A stretch of DNA of 64,000 nt from Blastocatellia bacterium (GCA_963765495.1 CAVXWP010000008.1:288001-352000), one strand, 5' to 3'; counted from the stretch's first letter, positions 40,527 to 51,295 are shown. Program-made: numbers and translations. Notes: generated by a model from the letters alone, not told the origin.

Positions 40527-42458
40527 ATGGGCTTGAATCCTTTGAAGAAACGGGCTGATCTTACAGTTTTTTTCGCTTGTAGGCTTGACCGGCCAGAGGT
40601 GTTCAAACATAGTTGCAAGTCTGTGGAAAGGCAAAAGAGATTAAGAAGCGGGTTTTCTGCGCTTGGATTTGTGACAGCGGGTGTGTATCTCTTCCTCTAC
40701 TGCCCGATAGCGGTCCTCGTCGTTTTGTCCCTGAACAACTCTCGGTTCGGGACGATCTGGCAAGGGGTTACCTGGCGATGGTATGCGCTTGCGTGGCACG
40801 ACCGGGAATTGATAAGCGCCCTTCGCGTTAGCCTCGCCGTTGCCTTCTCGACTACCGTTATATCGACTATTTTGGGGACAGCGGCAGCGTTCGCGCTTTC
40901 ACGCTACAGGCTGAAACTCAGAGGCGCGGTTGAATCCATAGTATTTCTACCCGTGATCATTCCAGAGGTCGTCATAGGGTTTGCAACCGCAGGTTTATTC
41001 GGGTTGGCCGGAATCGCGCTGGGGCTTGGGACGATAATCGCGGCACACGTAGCCTTTTCGATCTCTTATGTTGTATTTGTCCTGCGCGCCAGGATCGCGG
41101 GTCTTGACCCGGCGCTTGAAGAGGCCGCGATGGACCTGGGAGCCACGCGAGGACAGACCTTTCTGAAGGTTACCTTGCCGATGCTGCTACCGGGGATAAT
41201 GTCTGCCGCCCTGCTTGTCTTCACCATCTCTCTGGATGATTATGTGATAACGAGTTTCGTAGCCGGACCCGGCGCAAACACCCTGCCCATCAAGATTTAT
41301 TCTATGGTAAAGACAGGTGTCACGCCTGAAATAAACGCCATCTCAACAGTGCTGCTTGCGGCAACTATTCTGCTGATCTTTGTCTCCGAGCGGCTTTCGG
41401 CAGGGCGGCTCACGCGCAGGTCGTTTGCGCTTGCCGCCGTCGCCGTGGGCTTTCTGGCGCTTTTCGCACTGGGCGGGAGAGGGCAGTCGGCAAGAGGCGG
41501 CGAGTTGAACATTTTCATCTGGTCAAACTATCTTCCCGACAGTGTGATCTCGGAATTCGAGCGTCGCTATGATGCGAGGCTTAATGTTGAGTTATACGAT
41601 TCAAATGAGGCGTTGCTTGCAAAACTCCAGTCGGGCGGAGCCGCCTACGACATCATAGTGCCGAGCGATTACATGGTGACGGTGCTAAAAGAGCAGGGGT
41701 TATTGCAGGAGCTTGATCTCGACAGCCTTACGGGCTTTTCAAATCTTGACCCTCAATTTCTCGGAAAAGACTACGACCCGCTCAATCAATACTCGATTCC
41801 TTATATGTGGGGGACGACTGGAATCGCCTACAGAAAAGACAAGATCGCAGCGCCGGTCGATAGCTGGGCTGTGATGTGGGACAATCGCTATGCGGATAAG
41901 ATAGCGATGCTTGACGACATACGCGAAACATTTGGCGCGGCGCTCAAGCGAATGGGCAAATCCCTTAACAGCACAGACCCGGAAGATATAAGAGCGGCTG
42001 CGCGATTATTGATCGAGCAAAAGCCACTTGTAAGAGCGTATGACAGCGGCGGCTTTGATCAGATGTTGTTATCTTCGGATGCGTGGATTGTTCAGGGTTA
42101 TAGCGGGCAGATAGCGAGGGCGATGATTGAAGACCCGGCAATCGAGTATGTAATTCCAAAGGAAGGTTGCACGTTTTTCATAGATAATCTATGTATCCCG
42201 CACAACGCGAAGCACGCGGAGCTTGCTCGGGAGTTTATAAATTTTGTGCTTGAAGCTCAGACGGCGGCCGACATCGCAAACGAGACCGGTTTCTCAACAG
42301 CCAACCTTGCGGCCCGCGCCTTTATACGTAGAGAGTTATTGACAAACGAGGCAGCCTACCCGCCGCGCGATGCTCTTGAGAGATGCGAGTTGATAAAGGA
42401 TGTGGGGGAGACGATCAGTCTGTACGACAGGTTATGGACGGAGATCAAATCCCGGTAG
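40527..42458 (+). CDS. Fused polyamine ABC permease (PotC-like) and substrate-binding protein (PotD-like)
   Basis: EAA loop (LEEAAMDLGA), SLDDY and TLP.KIYS, then WSNY, YDSNE, YDIIVPSDYM, PYMWGTTGI and PKEG. The true start may be the GTG at 40623. Confidence 0.88.
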   Translation: MGLNPLKKRADLTVFFACRLDRPEVFKHSCKSVERQKRLRSGFSALGFVTAGVYLFLYCPIAVLVVLSLNNSRFGTIWQGVTWRWYALAWHDRELISALRVSLAVAFSTTVISTILGTAAAFALSRYRLKLRGAVESIVFLPVIIPEVVIGFATAGLFGLAGIALGLGTIIAAHVAFSISYVVFVLRARIAGLDPALEEAAMDLGATRGQTFLKVTLPMLLPGIMSAALLVFTISLDDYVITSFVAGPGANTLPIKIYSMVKTGVTPEINAISTVLLAATILLIFVSERLSAGRLTRRSFALAAVAVGFLALFALGGRGQSARGGELNIFIWSNYLPDSVISEFERRYDARLNVELYDSNEALLAKLQSGGAAYDIIVPSDYMVTVLKEQGLLQELDLDSLTGFSNLDPQFLGKDYDPLNQYSIPYMWGTTGIAYRKDKIAAPVDSWAVMWDNRYADKIAMLDDIRETFGAALKRMGKSLNSTDPEDIRAAARLLIEQKPLVRAYDSGGFDQMLLSSDAWIVQGYSGQIARAMIEDPAIEYVIPKEGCTFFIDNLCIPHNAKHAELAREFINFVLEAQTAADIANETGFSTANLAARAFIRRELLTNEAAYPPRDALERCELIKDVGETISLYDRLWTEIKSR

Positions 42459-42556
42459 GCGGATAAATCGGTAGGCGGATAAACAGGAAGGAGACCGAGT
42501 GGCAAAGCAAGCTGCGAAGAAAATCAGCGTGGGGGCATCCGAGATCAAGCAGTCGC

Positions 42557-43249
42557 TCAGTTTCGAATCCTAAGCATAAGCTCATCTTCCTGATCGAGTT
42601 TTCTCAGGGGGCTTGAATGTTCGCGATTTACCCGCCCCGTTCCAATTCGAGCAGGCGGCTCCGCTTTTTGAGGCGGCTCTGTTTTTTGAGGCGGCTCCGC
42701 TTTTTGAGGCGGTTCCGGCTGCGACGCCTGAGGTTGAGCTTCACCGGGTTTGGGCAGATTCACAGGTCGCGTGCTTGCAAGCTGAGGAGCAGGCTTTGAC
42801 GGGTCGCGTGCCAGACGCTGTGTTCCGTTTACGGCGGGCTGTTGCGGCGTCATCGATTGCAGAGAGGGAAGTCCGCCTGTCGAACGAGGCTGAAGCTCGG
42901 GGTCGAGGAGCTTCGGTCCCACCTTTGAGTCGATGATGCTGCCTATGCTGCGGAACAACTTTACGATTCCGGCCAGTCCTATTACCAACGAAACGGCATA
43001 GATGATCGTGTTTGTCCGTCCGAGGAAGAAGGAAAGGGCAGAGGCGGTAAGGAGGGCCGTCCCAACGGCCGCGCCCTGTATCCCGTCACTGATCTGTTTG
43101 CGAGCGCGCTTGTATTCGCGTTCGCGGAGCGGGTCTGAGACAACGACTCCCCCGCTCAGAGCTTGCGACAACACGTTGAGATTCATCCCACAGGTCTTGC
43201 AAAATTTGGCCCCTTCTATTGATTGGGTCGAGCAACTAGGGCAATACAT
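42557..43249 (-). CDS. Zinc-ribbon membrane protein with a Pro-rich tail
   Basis: MYCPSC...AKFCKTCG and two TM helices. Confidence 0.8.
   Translation of the reverse strand: MYCPSCSTQSIEGAKFCKTCGMNLNVLSQALSGGVVVSDPLREREYKRARKQISDGIQGAAVGTALLTASALSFFLGRTNTIIYAVSLVIGLAGIVKLFRSIGSIIDSKVGPKLLDPELQPRSTGGLPSLQSMTPQQPAVNGTQRLARDPSKPAPQLASTRPVNLPKPGEAQPQASQPEPPQKAEPPQKTEPPQKAEPPARIGTGRVNREHSSPLRKLDQEDELMLRIRN
42653..42717. repeat. 18-bp coding tandem repeat (about 3.5 copies; PPQKAE/PPQKTE)
   Basis: aggcggctccgctttttg / aggcggctctgttttttg / aggcggctccgctttttg. Confidence 0.9.
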
Positions 43250-43445
43250 TCATCAATCTCCAAAAACTTTTAGTATGGTCGGGAACTTGTAACCGGGTAT
43301 ACGAGCCGCCCGGTAGCTTTTCGCCGGGAAGATTGGTTCAACTGCGAGGGGGCCTCGACACTCAGTATAACACGAAAGGTTGACTCTCTCTATAGTCAAT
43401 CGCTACACTCGAATAACATCTAGCCCGGTGGGAGGTTGTGTAACA

Positions 43446-44837
43446 GTGAAGAATTTGTTGTTGCTTATGAGTGTGTTTCTGCTCCTGGTTTCTCCGCAAA
43501 AGCAGGCCGTCGCGGACCAGCAGTCTTCAACCGGCCCGAATGGATACCAGCAGACGGCGAATGTCGTATTGCCAATCGTCAAGCGGGATTCGCTTTTAAA
43601 CGGGCTTCAGCTTGTATTGCTTGAAAACGCCGGAACCGGGAGTGTCTCTGTCAGACTTCGGATAAACAGTGGTGCCATGTTTGACCTTGCGGGAAAAGGC
43701 GGGCTTGCAGACCTGACAGCGGGGATGCTCTTGAGAGGCGGGGGCGGCAACGACGCGAAGGCGATTTCGGATCTGGTTGAACAATTGGGGCTCACGGTTC
43801 ACATACTCGTAGATTGGGATTCGACCGACATCATGATAAACGGGCCGGCTGACTCGCTCGAAGCGATCTTCGAACTTCTGGGAAAGCTGGTAATAAAACC
43901 TGCCTTTGATCAAAAGGAATTTGAGGAACTGAAGTCTATGAAGGTTGCTGAGTTGAAATCGGCAGAGACCGAAGATGCGGATAGGGTCAGGAGAAAGGCT
44001 CTCGATCTGGTCTTTGGCACCCATCCGTTTGGACGACCGATGCATGGCACTACGGAGACGCTGCCAAACATAAAACAGGCAGACCTGCAATTTTTTCATA
44101 ATCGCTATTATCTGGCCAATAATTCCGAGTTGATCGTATCCGGTGACGCAACGATCGAGAAGGTGACACAGTTTGGGCGGTCCAAGCTTGGAGCATGGAA
44201 AAAAGGCGAGAAGGTGCCAGCGACCTTCCAGCCGCCGTCCAACCGTTCGCGGCGGGATTTCATAATCCTGGATCGCGCGGGTACCGCGCGAACTTACGCC
44301 GCGATAGCTCAGATCGGGTTTTCAAGGCGGGCAGACGATTACTTTGCGTCTGCGGTGATGGTAGAGATTCTGAAGGAGTTGGCCGCGAAGGCAGCCGGAT
44401 CAAACGACTCCAGGGTCACAGTCGAGTCTTATGCACGATTTTTGCCCGGTCCGATTCTGGTCGAGATCGAAGCCTCGCCCGAGGAGATGCCCGCTACGAT
44501 AGATCGTGTGCTTTCCTTGATGAAACGCATGCAGACCGTCGCGGTAAGTGTTGAAGAGATCGAGGCTGCAAAAGAGCGCGTAATCACTTCCTTCAAAGAA
44601 AAGCTTCGAACCAGTGAGGGCGCTGCCGATGTCCTGCTTGACGTAGACCTTTACGGATTGGGGCGCGATTATTTGATAAATTATATAAGCCGTGTGAGCG
44701 CCTTAACGCCGCTGGATGTACAGAAGGCAGCCAGCGCACATCTTACGCCCGAAACAGCGGGTGTAGCGGTTTCCGGGCCTGCCGGGAAGATCGAAGGCGC
44801 ATTGAAGGATAAAGGGACTGTGACGGTGATGCCCTGA
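43446..44837 (+). CDS. M16 (pitrilysin) family protein, non-catalytic type
   Basis: LLNGLQLVL, GLADLTAGML in place of HxxEH, HPFGR and FHNRYY. GTG start after GGAGG. Confidence 0.82.
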   Translation: MKNLLLLMSVFLLLVSPQKQAVADQQSSTGPNGYQQTANVVLPIVKRDSLLNGLQLVLLENAGTGSVSVRLRINSGAMFDLAGKGGLADLTAGMLLRGGGGNDAKAISDLVEQLGLTVHILVDWDSTDIMINGPADSLEAIFELLGKLVIKPAFDQKEFEELKSMKVAELKSAETEDADRVRRKALDLVFGTHPFGRPMHGTTETLPNIKQADLQFFHNRYYLANNSELIVSGDATIEKVTQFGRSKLGAWKKGEKVPATFQPPSNRSRRDFIILDRAGTARTYAAIAQIGFSRRADDYFASAVMVEILKELAAKAAGSNDSRVTVESYARFLPGPILVEIEASPEEMPATIDRVLSLMKRMQTVAVSVEEIEAAKERVITSFKEKLRTSEGAADVLLDVDLYGLGRDYLINYISRVSALTPLDVQKAASAHLTPETAGVAVSGPAGKIEGALKDKGTVTVMP

Positions 44838-44872
44838 ATCGGCCCCGTCTGACGCTTGCGAAATCTCAATTG

Positions 44873-45595
44873 ATGGATAGACCTGTAGACTCAAACGACC
44901 AGACAAGCAAAGCTGAAAGAGTTCGTGCGATGTTTGCAGACATCGCCCCGCGCTATGATCTTCTCAACCACGCTCTCTCCCTGAATATTGATCGGCGATG
45001 GCGGAAGTTTGCAATAAAGAAACTGGAAGAGACTTTAAGGAAACCGGGCGCTCTGGCGCTGGATTTATGTTGTGGAACGGGTGATCTCTCGCTTGCGCTG
45101 GCGAGGCTTGCGCCGACTTTTGGCGTCGATTTTTGTCATCCTATGCTTGAGCGTGCAAAAGAAAAGGCTAAGGCTTCCGGGCTCCCGGTTTTTCTGGCCG
45201 AAGGCGATGCCTTGCGCGTACCCGTAGCAGATTCCTCTTTTGACGTGGTGACGATGGCCTTTGGTCTCCGCAATCTTGAGAACATCGAAGGAGGTTTGAG
45301 CGAAGTCTACAGATTGCTCAGACCGGGCGGGCGGAGCGCGGTGCTCGAATTTTCACATCCCCGCATCCCGATCTTTCGCGACCTGTTCAAGTTCTATTTC
45401 ACACGAATCCTTCCGAGGATTGGAAATAGACTTTCAGGTTCGGGGTTTGCGTATCAATATCTCCCCGAATCCGTTCAGTCATTTCCCGATCAGGATCGGC
45501 TTGCATCCTTGATGCGAACGGTTGGTTTTTCCAATGTCAGATATTACAATCTGTTTGGTGGGGTCGCCGCTTTGCACACGGGCAATCGGGAATAA
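44873..45595 (+). CDS. menG: Demethylmenaquinone/ubiquinone methyltransferase MenG/UbiE
   Basis: MFADIAPRYDLLN, LDLCCGTGD, FGLRN, LEFS and AYQYLPES. Confidence 0.92.
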   Translation: MDRPVDSNDQTSKAERVRAMFADIAPRYDLLNHALSLNIDRRWRKFAIKKLEETLRKPGALALDLCCGTGDLSLALARLAPTFGVDFCHPMLERAKEKAKASGLPVFLAEGDALRVPVADSSFDVVTMAFGLRNLENIEGGLSEVYRLLRPGGRSAVLEFSHPRIPIFRDLFKFYFTRILPRIGNRLSGSGFAYQYLPESVQSFPDQDRLASLMRTVGFSNVRYYNLFGGVAALHTGNRE

Positions 45596-45638
45596 GCCGT
45601 ATCAACCCCACGACAGAGATTTTGGATAAGAAGGTGAT

Positions 45639-47075
45639 ATGAGCACAGATGCGATTGAATTCTTTTTTGAGAGATACGGATTGACGGTCGGTGATCTCGA
45701 CCAGTTGCTCGCCACGGCTCTTGCGCGGGGAGGGGATTACGCAGATTTGTATTTTGAATACAGAATATCAAACAGCGTTAACCTTGAAGAGCAGATCATA
45801 AAATCGGCAAGCAAATCAATCTCGCAGGGAGTAGGCGTGCGCGTCATCATCGGTGATAAGACAGGTTATGCCTACACGGATGAGATAGAGTTTGACTCGA
45901 TAAAACGCGCGGCAGAGACGTCCGGTCACATAGCTCGCTCAGGCCACAGCGTCGAGGCTATCGGCGTCAATGTGACCAGGCGAGGGCAGGACCTCTATTC
46001 AATCGAAAGCCCGGTCTCTTATGTTGATCTGGCGCGTAAGATAGAGCTGATAAGAGAAGCCGATTCGGGGGCCCGCAAATTTGACCGGCGGATTCAAGAG
46101 GTTCAGACATCGGTTGTAGACGAAATCAAATATGTAATGATCGCAAGTTCTGACGGGAGGCTTGTCGGAGACATTCAGCCGCTAGCCCGGTTGGGCATTT
46201 CCTGCATAGCCGATGATGACGGGAACCGTCAGGTCGGCAGGGCCGGTGGAGGGGGGCGAATCGGGATAGATTTTTTCGAGAACAGCTACACCGCCGAGCA
46301 ATTCGGAACCCAGGCCGCAACCCAGGCCATAATTCAGTTGGATGCGATTGATGCTCCAGCCGGAAAGATGGAAGTCGTGCTCGGTCCGGGCTGGCCGGGC
46401 ATTCTTTTGCACGAAGCCGTGGGCCACGGTCTGGAGGCCGATTTCAACCGCAAGGGGACCTCGGCATTTTCAGGGATGATCGGGCAGCCTGTGGCATCGC
46501 CTCTGTGTACTGTAGTCGATGACGGAACGATACCTGACCGGCGCGGTTCGCTTAACGTGGATGATGAAGGCGAGCCTACGACGCGCACCGTCTTGATCGA
46601 AAACGGCATCCTGCGCGGTTTCATGAGCGACTATCTGAATTCAGGGTTGATGAAGGCTGAGAGGACTGGAAATGGTCGCCGCCAAAGTTATAAGCACATG
46701 CCCTTGCCCCGTATGACGAATACTTTCATGCTATCGGGCGAAGATATGAGCGAAGACATAATCCGATCCGTGAAACGCGGGCTCTATGCCGTCCAGTTTG
46801 GAGGCGGGCAGGTTGACATCACGAGTGGAGAGTTTGCCTTTTCCGCTTCCGAGGCTTATCTGATTGAGGATGGAAAGATAACAGCCCCGGTCAAGGGGGC
46901 GACACTCAGAGGCAACGGGCCGGAGGCTCTCAAACATGTGACGGCTGTCGGCAACGATTTGGAGTTGGACCAGGGCGTAGGCATTTGCGGCAAGGACGGG
47001 CAAAGCGTAGCCGTAGGTGTCGGCCTCCCAACGATAAAGATCAGCGAGATGTCAGTCGGCGGAACGCAGCAATAA
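45639..47075 (+). CDS. tldD: Metalloprotease TldD
   Basis: GILLHEAVGHGLEAD, DDEG, TGNGRR, PRMTNT and CGKDGQ. Confidence 0.95.
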   Translation: MSTDAIEFFFERYGLTVGDLDQLLATALARGGDYADLYFEYRISNSVNLEEQIIKSASKSISQGVGVRVIIGDKTGYAYTDEIEFDSIKRAAETSGHIARSGHSVEAIGVNVTRRGQDLYSIESPVSYVDLARKIELIREADSGARKFDRRIQEVQTSVVDEIKYVMIASSDGRLVGDIQPLARLGISCIADDDGNRQVGRAGGGGRIGIDFFENSYTAEQFGTQAATQAIIQLDAIDAPAGKMEVVLGPGWPGILLHEAVGHGLEADFNRKGTSAFSGMIGQPVASPLCTVVDDGTIPDRRGSLNVDDEGEPTTRTVLIENGILRGFMSDYLNSGLMKAERTGNGRRQSYKHMPLPRMTNTFMLSGEDMSEDIIRSVKRGLYAVQFGGGQVDITSGEFAFSASEAYLIEDGKITAPVKGATLRGNGPEALKHVTAVGNDLELDQGVGICGKDGQSVAVGVGLPTIKISEMSVGGTQQ

Positions 47076-47178
47076 AATGCTTGTTGTCCGTGAGCCGTCT
47101 TACTTCGCCCTACAGAATGGATAAGACATCGGGCGACCGACGACGGACAACAGAAAACGGAGAAGAGAAGAGAATAAA

Positions 47179-48522
47179 TTGGAATTGACCAAAGATTTTG
47201 CTGCCGAAATAGCGAAAGATGCCGTGCGGCATGGCGCGAGCGCGGCTGAGGTGATCATCCGGCACAGGAGAGAGTTTTCTGTTGGGGTCCGAATGGGTGA
47301 GATCGAGACCCTGAAGGAATCGACCGACAAGGGGTTGGGCCTAAGGGTCTTGATAGAGGGCCGACAGGCATCGGTATCCGGCTCTGATTTCGGTCTTCAA
47401 GCCATAAGGTCTTTAACCGAAGAGGCGATAAAACTTGCCCGGGCCACCTCGCCTGATGAAACCACGGGCTTGCCCGATTCTGAAGAGTTTGCCACTTCGA
47501 TACCCGCTCTCGATCTCTATGATGAAGCGATAGAGAACCTGTCACCCGAAGCGAAGATCGAGCACGCTCTTAGAGCCGAACAGGCGGCGAAGGATTATAG
47601 TCCTCTGATTACAAATTTTGACGGGGGCGGGTTCGATACCTCAAGCGGATGGGCGGCGCTGGCAAATTCTCTGGGATTCGCGGGAGAGTACCGGGGCACA
47701 TCCTGCTCGATAGCCACGGTGCCGGTCGCGGCCGAATCCGGCAGGATGCAGCGCGATTACTGGTATGATGTGAGCCGAAAATTTGCTGATCTCGACACCC
47801 CGGAGCAGGTTGGCCGGATGGCCGCAATCAGAACTCTTCGAAAGCTCGGAGGCAAACCCGTTCCCACCCAGAGTGTGCCTGTGATCTTTGAGCCCAATGT
47901 CGCGCGCGATCTGCTGGGCGATATATTCCACGCTGTTTCAGGGGAATCGGTTTTTCGCAAAGCGAGCTTTCTGGTCGGGCAGCTAAAAGAGCGAGTGGCG
48001 AGCAGGTCCGTCACGATTATTGATGACGGACGAAGACCGTGTGCCCTCGGGTCACGACCTTTCGACGGCGAGGGCCTGCCTACGAGGCGGACGGTAGTCA
48101 TTCAGGAGGGTGTGCTTGAGAGTTATTTATTGAATACCTACACGGCGCGCAAACTCGGACTCAAGTCAACCGGCAACGCCGCGCGAGGGCTGATCGGCGC
48201 TCCGAGCGTCGAGGCGGGAAATATGTATATCGAGCCCGGCCCTCATACACCAAAAGAGATGATCGCTTCGATCTCGAAAGGTTTTTACATAACCGAATTG
48301 ATCGGGTTTGGCGTCAACATAGTAAACGGGGATTATTCGCGGTCGGCATCAGGCATCTGGATCGAGAATGGAGAACTGACCTTTCCCGTGCAGGGTGTGA
48401 CCATCGCGGGAAACCTGAAGGAGATGCTTTGCTCGATTGAGATGGTTGGCAACGATCTCGATTTTCGCGGCAATATCGTATCTCCGACATTGATGATTGG
48501 GCGAATGACCATAGGCGCATAA
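47179..48522 (+). CDS. pmbA: TldE/PmbA
   Basis: RDYWY, FDGEG, STGNA, VN.VNGDYS and TIAGNL; no HExxxH; follows tldD. Confidence 0.92.
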   Translation: MELTKDFAAEIAKDAVRHGASAAEVIIRHRREFSVGVRMGEIETLKESTDKGLGLRVLIEGRQASVSGSDFGLQAIRSLTEEAIKLARATSPDETTGLPDSEEFATSIPALDLYDEAIENLSPEAKIEHALRAEQAAKDYSPLITNFDGGGFDTSSGWAALANSLGFAGEYRGTSCSIATVPVAAESGRMQRDYWYDVSRKFADLDTPEQVGRMAAIRTLRKLGGKPVPTQSVPVIFEPNVARDLLGDIFHAVSGESVFRKASFLVGQLKERVASRSVTIIDDGRRPCALGSRPFDGEGLPTRRTVVIQEGVLESYLLNTYTARKLGLKSTGNAARGLIGAPSVEAGNMYIEPGPHTPKEMIASISKGFYITELIGFGVNIVNGDYSRSASGIWIENGELTFPVQGVTIAGNLKEMLCSIEMVGNDLDFRGNIVSPTLMIGRMTIGA

Positions 48523-48548
48523 GAGGGGGAATATAAGCAGGGGAATAT

Positions 48549-49034
48549 ATGTTTGATGAATCGGACCCAAAGGAAGAGAAGGATCGGTCGCGGCCGATAA
48601 TGCTGCTCAGCGCAGTGGCGGTAGTCGTGGTGATAGGTTTGATAATCGCTGTCACCTCGCTCAAGACACAGGAGACGCCACTCGATATAGCGCGTGCGGG
48701 ATCCCAGGAATTTGACTCCTATTTAGAGAATGTGAAGGTCGGCGAATTGGATATAACGACAGGGGAGAGACTCGCAAACAGATTCGCCCGACTAAAATTT
48801 CCTGTACAGAACCTGGGGTACAAAGAACTCACGGCGCTACAGCTAAGAGTCACGGTCCTTGGGCTTGACGGCGAGACTAAGAAGGAAAAGATAGTCACGT
48901 TGGTTCCAACCCAGATTGAAATCTTGAAACCGAGGACAGCACTCCCGACGGAGGTCAATCTGGAACCAATCCCGGACCCGTCAGAGATTATGGATTTCAA
49001 GGTTGAGGTCTATGGGCTGAAGATCAACCAGTAA
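48549..49034 (+). CDS. Hypothetical single-TM protein
   Basis: N-terminal TM helix and a beta-rich extracytoplasmic domain. Confidence 0.65.
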   Translation: MFDESDPKEEKDRSRPIMLLSAVAVVVVIGLIIAVTSLKTQETPLDIARAGSQEFDSYLENVKVGELDITTGERLANRFARLKFPVQNLGYKELTALQLRVTVLGLDGETKKEKIVTLVPTQIEILKPRTALPTEVNLEPIPDPSEIMDFKVEVYGLKINQ

Positions 49035-49067
49035 CCAGGAAAGTTCGGTAAGTATGTAAGGGGAGAA

Positions 49068-49098
49068 GGGCAGCGCAGTTATAAAAATTGCGCTGCCC
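49068..49098. terminator. Bidirectional terminator hairpin
   Basis: gggcagcgca...tgcgctgccc between convergent genes. Confidence 0.7.
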
Positions 49099-49112
49099 GT
49101 TTCTCATGCTGA

Positions 49113-49880
49113 TCATCGCTCTTGAACAGTGACACCGGGCGGTGTGGTGAAATTGAACTGGGTATCGGGCGCAACATAATTTTCCTTCACATTCGATAAG
49201 CGGAAATCCATCTTAGCCCCGTTTCGCTCAAATATGACCATCCGTCGCACCTCAAAGGTATTGGGATTCACTTCGACCAGCAGTTTGCTGAACTCTTCGG
49301 GGGCGTTCTTGGGAACCAGCCTCAACACGCGATTTCCGGCTTCGGCGGCGCGGCCGTCACTGAGCAATTCGATTCGGGTAAAATCCCGCCTCAAATTTCC
49401 ACGGCCAAGCAGAAAGAGAAAAGGGATTTGAGGGTCGGCAGATTTTTTGACGGATGTTTTGCTTGCCTGCCGCTCACCTGCTACATAGAAGTAGAGCGTC
49501 CTTCCGTCCGAGATAAAGAGCTTCTGCTCGGGGCTCTTGTATTCCCACCGGGCCTTTCCCGGTCGCTTCAACAGTAATGTGCCGCTTTCGGTGATAGAAC
49601 GCCCGTCGCTTGCCTGATACATCTGCACAAAGTTTGCGGACAACCCTCTCATACGCGAATACTTTGCCTGAAGGCCGTCAATGATAGCATTCAAATCGTT
49701 TTCAACGGCGTAGATGTTTGGCTTCGAACAACTCCTCGCATTGACGGCTGCGATAGCCAGGTGGAAAATGAGCAGGGTGCTCACAATTGCCGAGATTTTG
49801 ATCAGTCTCAAGACCCGTGAAAATGATTTTCTTCCTGTTTTTACAAAATCTTCTATCAAAACTTTTCTGTAACTGGACAC
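49113..49880 (-). CDS. lolA: Outer-membrane lipoprotein carrier LolA
   Basis: ANFVQ, KRPGKARWEY, FISDG and FTTPPGV. Start uncertain. Confidence 0.9.
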   Translation of the reverse strand: MSSYRKVLIEDFVKTGRKSFSRVLRLIKISAIVSTLLIFHLAIAAVNARSCSKPNIYAVENDLNAIIDGLQAKYSRMRGLSANFVQMYQASDGRSITESGTLLLKRPGKARWEYKSPEQKLFISDGRTLYFYVAGERQASKTSVKKSADPQIPFLFLLGRGNLRRDFTRIELLSDGRAAEAGNRVLRLVPKNAPEEFSKLLVEVNPNTFEVRRMVIFERNGAKMDFRLSNVKENYVAPDTQFNFTTPPGVTVQER

Positions 49881-49883
49881 TTT

Positions 49884-50849
49884 CTAACTCCTCTGTTTGG
49901 TACCTGAAAAAATATCTTCGAGCGACGCGCGCCTCGGCATAATCGAAACAAGAGATCCCTGGCGCTCGTGAAGGACTGTGATGACCTTCTCAACCTCGGA
50001 ATCATCGTTCAACAGCACGTGCACCCCGTTCGGAGAAGCGATGACCGAACCGACTGTAGCAAGGTGCGCGAGAGCCTCGGAAAATTCCGTGGAGTCGACC
50101 CCAATCGCCGTAACTTCGAGCGCCGAACCTTCTGCGCCGGTCATTTCAAGGACAGTCCCGGAGCGAATCAGCCTCCCTCGACTCAGGATGGCAGCGCGGT
50201 CGCATAAAGCCTCCACATCAGAAAGTATATGTGATGAGAAGAAAATTGTCTTGTTGCGGTCGCGCAGAGAGAGCATCAAATCGCGAACCTCACGTCTGCC
50301 AATCGGGTCGAGCCCCGACATAGGTTCATCCATGAAGATGACTTCCGGGTCATTGACGAGGGCCTGCGCGATGCCGATTCTCTGCAACATTCCCTTTGAA
50401 TATTTACGCAACTGACGACCGGCGCGGTCTTGGTCCAAGCCTACGACATCAATCATCTCTCTGGCCCTGAGCTTTGCATCTTTTTTAGAAATGCCAAACA
50501 ATCGGGCCGTATATTCCAAAAGCTCAATGCCCGAGAGGTAATCATAGAAGTAGGGATTTTCGGGCAGATAACCTATTCTGGTTCGTATATCGAGGTCATC
50601 CATCGAATGGCCGAGGATTTGGACCTGTCCGCTTGTAGGGAAGATAAGCTTCATAAGAAGCTTTAGGGTCGTAGTCTTGCCTGCGCCGTTTGGTCCGAGG
50701 AACCCGAATATCTCTCCACGTCGGATCTGGAGCGACAGGTTATCGAGGGCGCGAACCGTCTTCTTTTTCAGAAAGCCGGTCTGATAATCTTTTGTGAGGT
50801 TTTCGATTTCGATTACAAATTCTGTTGCATCCTTTTTTGTCGTTGTCAT
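49884..50849 (-). CDS. ABC transporter ATP-binding protein (ABC-2 type)
   Basis: [26 protein letters not shown] and SSHIL. Confidence 0.92.
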   Translation of the reverse strand: MTTTKKDATEFVIEIENLTKDYQTGFLKKKTVRALDNLSLQIRRGEIFGFLGPNGAGKTTTLKLLMKLIFPTSGQVQILGHSMDDLDIRTRIGYLPENPYFYDYLSGIELLEYTARLFGISKKDAKLRAREMIDVVGLDQDRAGRQLRKYSKGMLQRIGIAQALVNDPEVIFMDEPMSGLDPIGRREVRDLMLSLRDRNKTIFFSSHILSDVEALCDRAAILSRGRLIRSGTVLEMTGAEGSALEVTAIGVDSTEFSEALAHLATVGSVIASPNGVHVLLNDDSEVEKVITVLHERQGSLVSIMPRRASLEDIFSGTKQRS

Positions 50850-51295
50850 TTCGCCCTTCTCTCAAGACATTTTCCCGCTGCGCGCAAGAAAGCCGCGCGA
50901 ACTTCCTCGTTGGCTATCATGGCGGCCTGTTCTTGCAGCGGCAATACCTGCTCTTCGGGGGCGATAAAGGAGATCTCGGGGGACTCTGAGTGTGTGCGGT
51001 CGATCAATTCGGGGTTGATCACAAAGTCGATAGCGGTGACGACAGGTGCGCCCAGGAGCGAGTTGAGAGTAAACAGGGCATGCCTGCTGACGTTTTTTAA
51101 TTGTGTGCGCCAGGTTGAATCTAAAACGGCTATTATGAGGGTTTTGCGCTCAAGCCTGACCGGAGCCGTGACCATTCGCACCTGCCGGCCTACGACCGCC
51201 GACCACGCCACAAAAACCGCCTGTTCGCGAAGCTCATCGGTATCGCCGACCTGGCGGAGCATCTGTGGTAGAAGTCGTAGCAACGATGTCAGCAT
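50846..51295 (-). CDS. DUF721/DciA-family protein
   Basis: AWSAVVG, LIIAV...WRTQL, and LN.LLG...VTAI.F. Confidence 0.75.
   Translation of the reverse strand: MLTSLLRLLPQMLRQVGDTDELREQAVFVAWSAVVGRQVRMVTAPVRLERKTLIIAVLDSTWRTQLKNVSRHALFTLNSLLGAPVVTAIDFVINPELIDRTHSESPEISFIAPEEQVLPLQEQAAMIANEEVRAAFLRAAGKCLERRAK

Noticed and set aside
42455-42483. Direct repeat gtaggcggataaa x2, and the 18-bp repeats at 42653, considered as CRISPR
   Set aside because: Too short, no unique spacers and no cas genes; the 18-mer is a coding tandem repeat.
45639-48522. TldD/E as part of a RiPP (microcin-like) cluster
   Set aside because: No precursor peptide, YcaO or other modification enzyme nearby; the housekeeping context suffices.
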